Part shown: piece by piece, positions 17,295 through 23,631 of the stretch
How positions within the stretch are numbered: position 1 is the first letter of the stretch
Layout of the letters: every line of letters begins with the position of its first letter
Source of the DNA: Candidatus Latescibacterota bacterium
Lineage (GTDB): Bacteria > Latescibacterota > UBA2968 > GCA-2709665
Length of the DNA stretch: 23,631 nucleotides
Assembly (NCBI GenBank): GCA_963662665.2
Contig: CAXXJS010000003.1
Location: 1-23,631, forward strand
Direction of reading: 5' to 3'
Program-made: the position numbers and the translations under genes
Notes under the pieces: generated by a model
What the model was told of the DNA's origin: nothing
Database searches by the model: none
Seen by the model: the letters and a program-made list of their open reading frames with translations, nothing else

Positions 17295-18899
17295 ATGGCG
17301 CCAATAAACAGCGTCCCCGAGGACCGCGGAGCCAGTGAAGCAACCCACACGTTAACGCCGGGCGGTTCCGGAAGCGGCCGGCTGTTGAAGGTGTGTCTGT
17401 TCGCGACCGGCCTGGCGGGAATTGTCGCGGAATTCGTGCTGTCCACCCTGGCCAGCTATCTGCATGGAAACACGACGTTGCAGTGGACGCTGGTCATGTC
17501 GTTGATGTTCTTTACGATGGGGCTTGGAAGCCGGCTGAGCCGGTACCTGTCGGAGCGGTTGCTGGACCGGTTTATTGCAATTGAGTTCATCCTTTCGGCG
17601 CTGTGCGCAACATCAGCCGCAGCGGCCTATTGGGGTACGGCGTTCGTCGGAGAGGCGAGCGCCGTTATTTATGGTTACGCTGGAGCGATAGGATTTCTGA
17701 TCGGACTGGAGATTCCCCTTGTAACGCGCATGAACGACGCGTACGAGGTACTGCGAGTCAATATCGCGTCCGTCATGGAGAAAGATTATTACGGCGCACT
17801 GGTGGGTGGGTTGCTGTTCGCGTTTTTCTTGTTGCCGAAGCTGGGTTTAACGTATACGCCCATCGCGTTGGGAGCGGTGAATTTCGCGGTTGCGTCTGCG
17901 CTTCTGTGGCGATATCGAGGCCTGCTGGTACGGCGCGGCGCGTTGATTGCCGCGTTCTGGATTACCGCGGCGGGACTGGTCGCGCTGGGCGTTTATATGA
18001 AGCCCATCGTGCGGTTCGGCGAGCAGAGCCGGTATCGGGACCGGGTGATTTATGAGACGCAGACCCCCTACCAGCGGATTGTGATAACGGAGTGGAAAGG
18101 GTATCACTGGCTGTATCTTAACGGAGGAATGCAGTTCAGTACCTATGACGAGGAGCGGTACCACGAGCCGCTGGTGCATCCGGCTATGGGACTGGCGGCA
18201 TCCAGGGAACGGGTGCTGATTCTGGGTGGGGGCGATGGATTGGCGTTGCGGAACGTATTGAAATACCCGGACGTGAAACGGGTGACGCTGGTGGACCTGG
18301 ATCCGGAGATGGTCCGGCTGGCGCGAAACCATCCGGTGTTCGTGGAAGCGAACGAAGGGGCGCTGGACGATGAACGGGTGGACGTCGTGACCCGGGACGC
18401 GGGCCGGTTTCTGGCAGACGACGCCGGGATTTACGATGTAATCCTGGTAGATTTGCCGGACCCCAAGGGGCCGGACCTTGCGCGGTTGTATTCAGTGGAA
18501 TTCTATTCCGCATGCAAACAGCATCTCTCACAGTATGGAATTCTCGTGACGCAGAGTTCAAGTCCTCTCCACGCCAGAAAGGCGTTTTTATGCGTGTTGC
18601 GGACGCTGAAAGCTGCGGGGTTCCATGTTATACCATATCACAATGCGATTCCAACCATGGGTGATTGGGGGTGGCACCTGGGCATGAAGGCTGAGGTGAT
18701 TTCCGAACCGGATCTGAAACAGAGAGCGTTGGCGATGCGCTTTTCGGACGTCGAAACGGTATTCCTTAACCGCGAGGCGATGGCGGGTATGCTGCATTTC
18801 TGGAAGGGGATGTTCAACGGTGTCGAAGACGTGGAAGTGAATACGGAACTGGCGCCGGTGGTGGACAGTTATTACCGGGAAGGAGAGTGGGGATGGTGA
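17295..18899 (+). CDS. speE: Polyamine aminopropyltransferase (spermidine-synthase family) with N-terminal multi-TM domain
   Basis: About 7 hydrophobic helices, then TPYQRI, QFSTYDEERYHE, LILGGGDG, VDLD, DA and DLPDP. Confidence 0.88.
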   Translation: MAPINSVPEDRGASEATHTLTPGGSGSGRLLKVCLFATGLAGIVAEFVLSTLASYLHGNTTLQWTLVMSLMFFTMGLGSRLSRYLSERLLDRFIAIEFILSALCATSAAAAYWGTAFVGEASAVIYGYAGAIGFLIGLEIPLVTRMNDAYEVLRVNIASVMEKDYYGALVGGLLFAFFLLPKLGLTYTPIALGAVNFAVASALLWRYRGLLVRRGALIAAFWITAAGLVALGVYMKPIVRFGEQSRYRDRVIYETQTPYQRIVITEWKGYHWLYLNGGMQFSTYDEERYHEPLVHPAMGLAASRERVLILGGGDGLALRNVLKYPDVKRVTLVDLDPEMVRLARNHPVFVEANEGALDDERVDVVTRDAGRFLADDAGIYDVILVDLPDPKGPDLARLYSVEFYSACKQHLSQYGILVTQSSSPLHARKAFLCVLRTLKAAGFHVIPYHNAIPTMGDWGWHLGMKAEVISEPDLKQRALAMRFSDVETVFLNREAMAGMLHFWKGMFNGVEDVEVNTELAPVVDSYYREGEWGW

Positions 18900-18999
18900 A
18901 TCTAACCTTGATTCGCAATTCTTCGGGGAAGTAAAACCGAATATATGCAAGTAGATAAAGGCGATTTAACTTCTGATTACCAGGATACACCAGGTCACT

Positions 19000-19027
19000 G
19001 GACGTGGACTGAAAGAACGTCCTTTTT
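19000..19027 (+). terminator. Possible weak intrinsic terminator after the aminopropyltransferase
   Basis: GGACGT-N11-ACGTCC followed by TTTTT. Confidence 0.35.
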
Positions 19028-19110
19028 AACGACCGTTATTGCCCGTTTCAGGGGTTTTCGTCGCGTTGCCGAGTTGCTGTTTTTTTCACATTGAATCTAA
19101 GAGCGGGCGG

Positions 19111-19230
19111 TAAGACGTGAGACGGGAGAAGACGTACTTGCCCAATTGGTTCTTCCTTTTATACCGCCAGCAAGAAATGAAACCGTAGTGGGCAGGCAAT
19201 CTCTCACGTGTTCCGTCTACCCTCTCACCG
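19111..19230. repeat. Imperfect palindromic element with 7-bp-periodic arms
   Basis: AGA at 19113/19120/19127 and TCT (once TGT) at 19202/19209/19216/19223. Shares AGACGGGAGAAG with the reverse complement of 10402-10413. Confidence 0.5.
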
Positions 19231-19248
19231 TTTTTAAGGGTTCATACA

Positions 19249-19920
19249 ATGGAATTCGACGAAATCAGACGCCGGCTTTCACGATTGGATACGGCGTGTG
19301 TCTGCGATGGGTATAAGGCGCTTGAAAGACCCGTCAGGGCCGTTGACCCGGCCATCCGTCCCGTCACACCCGGCCTCAGGCTCATCGGACGCGCGCACAC
19401 GCTGACCTGCCACGAGGACTTCCTGACCGTGATCGTCGCCCTTCGCGATGCCTTGCCCGGGGAAGTCCTGGTGATAGACTCTCAGGGAAGCCGGAAGGCG
19501 CTCACCGGGGAACTGTTTCCAACTGAGGCGAGACGAAAGGGGCTGGCGGGCATCGTGAACGACGGGCCCTGCAGGGATACGGCCGCGATCCGCCAACAAC
19601 AGCTGCCCTATTACGCCCGGTCCGTCAACCCCGTTGCGGGCGCGACGGACAGGATCTTCGAGACGCAGGTCCCCGTTTCCTGCGGCGGCGTTACGGTGCA
19701 CCCGGGCGAGATCGTCTTCGGAGACGACGACGGGTTGATCGTAGCTGCCGAGGATGAGATTGCGGAGGTGATTCCCGTCGCGGAAGAGGTACAGAGGAAA
19801 GAGGCGCGCCTGCTTGCGGAGATGGATAAAGGCGTGAGCCTTGTCGAGATGCTGAATCTCGACGAACACTGCGGAAAGATACGCGCCGGCCAGGAGAGCA
19901 AATTGAAGTTTCTGGTATGA
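19249..19920 (+). CDS. RraA / HMG-CHA aldolase family protein
   Basis: DTACVCD, GRAHT, PGEVLVID, TGEL, GIVNDGPCRD and GGVTVHPGEIVFGDDDG. Confidence 0.9.
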   Translation: MEFDEIRRRLSRLDTACVCDGYKALERPVRAVDPAIRPVTPGLRLIGRAHTLTCHEDFLTVIVALRDALPGEVLVIDSQGSRKALTGELFPTEARRKGLAGIVNDGPCRDTAAIRQQQLPYYARSVNPVAGATDRIFETQVPVSCGGVTVHPGEIVFGDDDGLIVAAEDEIAEVIPVAEEVQRKEARLLAEMDKGVSLVEMLNLDEHCGKIRAGQESKLKFLV

Positions 19921-19939
19921 CGAGAGTGTATGACACCAA

Positions 19940-19983
19940 AACAGGGCGGCCGACATTTCGTCGGCCGCCCTGTTGTTTCCTTT
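19940..19983. terminator. Bidirectional intrinsic terminator between convergent genes
   Basis: Perfect 15-bp stem AACAGGGCGGCCGAC / GTCGGCCGCCCTGTT with a 5-nt loop and T-rich runs on both strands. Confidence 0.88.
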
Positions 19984-19994
19984 AAAAAAAACGT

Positions 19995-20528
19995 CTATCC
20001 CGTGGGCAGGATGTCGCTGAACTGGTATTCTTCGACAATTTCTCCGAGCGAGGCTTCGAAGTCGTCCTCGCCCCACTGTTCAATTGAAAGGGTTTTTCGT
20101 TCGGTATCGTCGAGGTACTCCCACGTGATCAATTCCCGCGGGGGTTCCTCGCCGTTCTTGTAGAATTCACCCGCATCGGAAGATTCCGCGTAATAGGTCA
20201 CGCCGTTGCAGGTTACCTCTTCGGGAGGGTCTTCGTGTTCAACGACGTGGGACGTTGGATCGCCGTCGATCTGAGAGACGCGGACCTTGCGTGAAACGGT
20301 CCAGCAAATGGCGTCGTCCTCCTCACGTTCCAGGTACAAGACGTCATCGGCGCAGGTCAATTCCCATTCGTCCACGCGTTCTCCATCGAAATCGTAGTGG
20401 TTCTGTGCCGTGACCTTCCAGGTTTTGAGGTCATAGTCGACCACGTAACCGGGCTTGAGATCAGACAGTGAGAAGTCGACCACGGGGTCGACTTCATCGG
20501 TCTTTTTCTTGAAGGGATTCCAGTTCAC
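19995..20528 (-). CDS. DUF4178 domain protein
   Basis: LKPGYVVDYDLKTWKV...EWEL...YLEREED, PPEEVTCNGVTY, WEY...LSIEQWGEDDFEASLG. Directly downstream of pspA. Confidence 0.8.
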   Translation of the reverse strand: MNWNPFKKKTDEVDPVVDFSLSDLKPGYVVDYDLKTWKVTAQNHYDFDGERVDEWELTCADDVLYLEREEDDAICWTVSRKVRVSQIDGDPTSHVVEHEDPPEEVTCNGVTYYAESSDAGEFYKNGEEPPRELITWEYLDDTERKTLSIEQWGEDDFEASLGEIVEEYQFSDILPTG

Positions 20529-20582
20529 AGGATCGCCCCTACCGCGCCAGGAACCTGAATTCCCGGCGGCGAAGTGCCGGAT

Positions 20583-21284
20583 TTACGCCTGAATTCCCAT
20601 TTTGCTCTTGAGTTCGGCCAGTTTGTCCGCGCCAGGGTTCTTTTCCTGGAGCGCGGCGTCGATCTCTTCGTCCACGCTCTTGGACGCGTCGGCCACCTCG
20701 CCGTAGGCCTGCGACAGGGACTCGTCTTCTTCCACCCGCTCCTTCATACGTTCGAGCATGGCAAGCGTGCCGTTAGAGTCCACTTTCGCGAGTTGTTTGT
20801 TGATCTTCTTCGTTGCCGCGGCCGTTCGCGCCCGGGCGCGCAGCGTTACCAGGTCGTTTTCGTAACCGGCAATGGAAGACTTGAGCTTGTCCACCTGGGT
20901 CTGCAGCTGAGCGGCCATTTCCTCCTGCTGTTTCGCGTTCTGGCTCAGCGTGGCCGCCCGGTCCACGTTCTCCTCCTTGCGCGCCAGCGCTTCGCCGGCG
21001 AGTCGGTCGGCTTCGGCGGGGTCGATGTTGTTCTTCTGGGCCCTCTGAAGCAGCGCCATGGCTTTCCGTTCGTAGTCCTCCGCCGCCTTCTTGCTGTCGG
21101 ATGCCTGTTTGCGCAGCCGGATGCCCTGCCCCTTGACCTCGGCGAGGCTGGTCATGGCGTTGCTCAGATCTTTCTTGAGATCCCGTATACCCTGTTCCGT
21201 CAGGCGGATCGGATCTTCGAGTTTGTCGATGGCAGAGTGAACTTCGGCCTGGCCCACGCGAAAGATGCGTTGAAAGACGCCCAT
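20583..21284 (-). CDS. pspA: PspA/IM30 (Vipp1, bacterial ESCRT-III) family protein
   Basis: MGVFQRIFR amphipathic N-terminus, AIDKLEDP, long coiled coil, LRARARTA, LERMKERV and C-terminal LAELKSKMG. Confidence 0.93.
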   Translation of the reverse strand: MGVFQRIFRVGQAEVHSAIDKLEDPIRLTEQGIRDLKKDLSNAMTSLAEVKGQGIRLRKQASDSKKAAEDYERKAMALLQRAQKNNIDPAEADRLAGEALARKEENVDRAATLSQNAKQQEEMAAQLQTQVDKLKSSIAGYENDLVTLRARARTAAATKKINKQLAKVDSNGTLAMLERMKERVEEDESLSQAYGEVADASKSVDEEIDAALQEKNPGADKLAELKSKMGIQA

Positions 21285-21371
21285 GGCATACTCCTATTTG
21301 AGTCGGGATTCGATGTCTGGAGATCGGGACACGCAACGGCCTGATTTTCGGGGTTCCGACCCCTGCTCTGA

Positions 21372-21767
21372 CTATTGTCTGCTGTAACTTAACAGTTCTT
21401 CGGCGTTTTCGCCCAGTGCAAAGCCCAGGGCGTTGACAGTGCCTTCGATTTCCGCCCTGTCCAGCGTATCCAGGCGAAGGGTATCGCGGAAAAGAATGGT
21501 TCCGGTCTCTTCGTCGAGCGCAAAAGCGCCATGGATCAGCGTCCGGTTTATCTCCAGCAGGCGCTTGTAGAGATCGCCCGGATTTTTCGGGACGGGCATG
21601 ATGGCCTGTTCCAGGATGAGGATGGGATCTTCACAGTCGACAATAAGCCTGTGGATCCCCCGGTCTTCGTCGGTGACGACCGCCAGTTCCTCGCCGGAAT
21701 CCTCTTCTTCAATGACCAGTTCGAGGTCCTGAAGATAAGCTTTGACGGTTTCAAAGTGCCGCGACAT
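21372..21767 (-). CDS. YbjN / CesT-Tir chaperone-fold protein
   Basis: Small and acidic, with LIVDCEDPILILEQ, LYKRLLEINRTLIHGAFALDE and FRDTL. AAAGGAG RBS, immediately upstream of pspA. Confidence 0.78.
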   Translation of the reverse strand: MSRHFETVKAYLQDLELVIEEEDSGEELAVVTDEDRGIHRLIVDCEDPILILEQAIMPVPKNPGDLYKRLLEINRTLIHGAFALDEETGTILFRDTLRLDTLDRAEIEGTVNALGFALGENAEELLSYSRQ

Positions 21768-21858
21768 GAAAACTCCTTTGAAATTGCGCTGACAGGAACT
21801 GCCTGCGTGTTCGTGAATATATGATTCTCAAGGGTGTATTTTGTTTCAAAAAAGCTTC

Positions 21859-22230
21859 TCAGATATTCAGCATCTTCCCTACACGGGCAGCGAGGGATTC
21901 CGGCGGCGCCGGTTTTTCCAGGATATTTTCCTGGCGGATACCCAGACCGGCAAGTTCCTCCAGGCGTTCCGGACCCGGGCTTTGGACGAGAACCAGCAGT
22001 GGAAGACGGGAGAGCATTTTCCGGATGAAACGAATGCAATCGGGCCCGCTGATTTCCGGTAGATCGTATGCGAGAATGACGAGGGCGTAGCCCCTGGGAT
22101 TTTCAGCGAGGGTTTCCAGGGCGCTGCGGCCGTCGGTGACCACGTCCAGTTCGACGTTCCGATGATCGAACAAACCGCCGGCGAGGGCCATGGCTGTCGG
22201 ACCGTCTTCCGCAAGCAGAATTCTTGGCAA
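21859..22230 (-). CDS. Stand-alone atypical (pseudo) receiver domain
   Basis: RILLAED, DGRSALE, LVILAYDLPEISG and LEKP follow the CheY pattern, but Ala replaces the phospho-Asp. TTG start. Confidence 0.75.
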   Translation of the reverse strand: MPRILLAEDGPTAMALAGGLFDHRNVELDVVTDGRSALETLAENPRGYALVILAYDLPEISGPDCIRFIRKMLSRLPLLVLVQSPGPERLEELAGLGIRQENILEKPAPPESLAARVGKMLNI

Positions 22231-22283
22231 ACCGGGGTCCGTTTCAATTTCACGTTTACTCCAGGTCGGTTATCCGAATCTCA

Positions 22284-22311
22284 AATATACCGAATTCGCC
22301 CAAGGCGCCAA
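22284..22311 (-). promoter_or_regulatory. Possible promoter for the receiver-ybjN-pspA-DUF4178 run
   Basis: TTGGCG, 16-bp spacer, TATATT. Confidence 0.3.
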
Positions 22312-22396
22312 CAATTTTATTTTAGTTAAAGGCACTACATCCGCCCGGATCCGAATATTGCATCTTGATCTCGGCAGGCCATCGCACGGTTTTGCT

Positions 22397-22433
22397 CCCC
22401 CTCTCCCTTGGGAGAGGGGGCCGGGGGGAGAGG
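22397..22433. repeat. REP-like GC-rich palindrome
   Basis: CCCCCTCTCC-CTTG-GGAGAGGGGG followed by CCGGGGGGAGAGG, in a divergent intergenic region where a terminator is not expected. Confidence 0.6.
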
Positions 22434-22549
22434 TCCCCACGGACGTCGTCGATTGATATCGCCTGGCCGTATCGTCTACCGGGTGTAGCTGAAAGCTGAC
22501 AGCTCTGTCTGAAGGGCCGCCTGTCTTTGCGCTATCCTTCAGATGTATT

Positions 22550-22578
22550 TTGTCCGACGTGGAGGATCATGATATATT
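22550..22578 (+). promoter_or_regulatory. Putative sigma70 promoter for recJ
   Basis: TTGTCC, 17-bp spacer, TATATT with an extended -10 TG. Confidence 0.45.
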
Positions 22579-22622
22579 GATCGTCACTCCCATGGGCAGA
22601 CCAATTCCTTCTTGAGGCACTA

Positions 22623-23631
22623 ATGCAGAAATACCCGATCTGGACGATCAGGAATACGAGGGGTACCGACTCCGGTGCGGACGGTCCGGTCGCGCCGCTG
22701 GTGGACGTGGTGCTGGCAAACCGCGGTCTGACGGCCGGCGATATCGCGGATTCTCCCGGGATACTTCAGGACCCTTTCTCCATGAAGGACATGGACCGCC
22801 TCGCTGAGCGGATTGTAGAGGCTGTTCGTTCCGGCGAGCGCATCGTTGTATTCGGCGACTACGACGTGGACGGGGTGACGAGTACGGCCGTCCTGATGGA
22901 TTTTCTGGACAGAGTCGGCGCCGACGTCGTTTCCATCCTGCCGGACCGCTACCGGGACGGCTACGGGATGAAACCGCCCGGTGTCCGGCGAGCGATCGAA
23001 GCGGGCGCTCAATTGATCGTAACGGCGGACAACGGCATCTCCTCGTTCGAAGCGGTTGACGCGGCGAACGCGGCCGGCATCGACGTTCTGGTGACCGATC
23101 ATCATCAGCCTCAAGGCCGGCTGCCGGACGCGCTGGCCGTCGTCAATCCCAACCGTCCGGACTGTAACTACGTTTTCAAGGGGCTCGCGGCGGTGGGTGT
23201 GGCATTCAAAGCGGTGCAGGCGCTTTCAGACTCGCTCATCGAAGCATCTGAACGCCGGGCTTATCTGAATTCGCTTCTGGATCTGGTTGCTCTGGGCACT
23301 GTGGCGGATATCGCGCCCATGCTGGGTGAGAACCGGTTGCTGACCCGCAGGGGAATGCAGATCCTGGATCGGACGCAGCGTCCCGGGCTGCAGGCCTTGA
23401 AAGCCGTAGCCGGCGCCGACACCCGGCCCGTGGATACAACCGCGATCGGGTTCTTCCTGGGGCCGCGTATCAACAGCGCCGGGCGGCTGGCCTCCGCCGA
23501 CCTGGCGCTGGACCTGCTGCGTTCATCTGAAGCGGGCGACGCGGCCCGCCTCGCCGAGCGGTTGAACGCACTCAACCGGCAGCGGCGGGAACTCGAACTT
23601 GCGGGTGTGAAACAGGCCGGAGAACAGGTTG
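22623..23631 (+). CDS. recJ: Single-stranded-DNA-specific exonuclease RecJ, 3' end runs off the window
   Basis: Manually translated, not in the ORF track: DPFSMKDM, FGDYDVDGVTSTA, PDRYRDGYG, VTADNGI, VTDHH, VNPNR, LGTVADIAPMLGENR and GPRINSAGRL. Confidence 0.95.
   Translation, partial: MQKYPIWTIRNTRGTDSGADGPVAPLVDVVLANRGLTAGDIADSPGILQDPFSMKDMDRLAERIVEAVRSGERIVVFGDYDVDGVTSTAVLMDFLDRVGADVVSILPDRYRDGYGMKPPGVRRAIEAGAQLIVTADNGISSFEAVDAANAAGIDVLVTDHHQPQGRLPDALAVVNPNRPDCNYVFKGLAAVGVAFKAVQALSDSLIEASERRAYLNSLLDLVALGTVADIAPMLGENRLLTRRGMQILDRTQRPGLQALKAVAGADTRPVDTTAIGFFLGPRINSAGRLASADLALDLLRSSEAGDAARLAERLNALNRQRRELELAGVKQAGEQV

Noticed and set aside
18945-19094. 49-codon ORF (MQVDKGDL...) in the speE-rraA gap
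   Set aside because: No clear RBS or motif, and it crosses a possible terminator.
11259-19920. Lyase + SDR + RraA aldolase as an unsaturated-uronate pathway
   Set aside because: The genes are in different transcription units, and nothing in the SDR identifies it as a DEH reductase.
14690-19995. Actively invertible (phase-variable) segment
   Set aside because: I found no inverted repeats at the two boundaries and no recombinase. The promoter and terminator fit the current orientation.
21768-21858. Sigma54 or sigma32 promoter upstream of ybjN-pspA
   Set aside because: No TGGCAC-N5-TTGC is present, and TTGAAA is not followed by a correctly spaced CCCCAT.
22620-23575. Minus-strand ORFs at the right end
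   Set aside because: Antisense to recJ.
1-23631. tRNA, rRNA, CRISPR array, transposase or integrase
   Set aside because: None was recognisable. The short periodic repeats lack a repeat-spacer structure.

Overview
GC-rich bacterial window, gene-dense and mostly on the - strand. Left (1-6838): a co-oriented run of creatininase-like, DegT-type PLP aminotransferase, C45 Ntn-hydrolase, alpha/beta esterase, cysteine hydrolase and CE4 deacetylase genes. The deacetylase runs off the edge and is missing from the ORF track. Next come a protein of three tandem DUF5069-like repeats, a small toxin-antitoxin patch (DUF433 + DUF5615 PIN, plus an orphan antitoxin-like ORF), a P-loop kinase, CutC and a 1140-aa DUF4962/heparinase II-III-like lyase. 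The most notable content is a PspA (bacterial ESCRT-III)-associated polyamine/membrane module split into two convergent operons: lipoprotein with a basic tail ending FGK, DUF350, SDR and membrane-anchored aminopropyltransferase on +, and pseudo-receiver, YbjN/CesT-like, PspA and DUF4178 on -. An RraA-family gene and a bidirectional terminator sit between the two halves. recJ starts at 22623 and runs off the right edge. Family calls come from motif recognition by eye; no searches were run.
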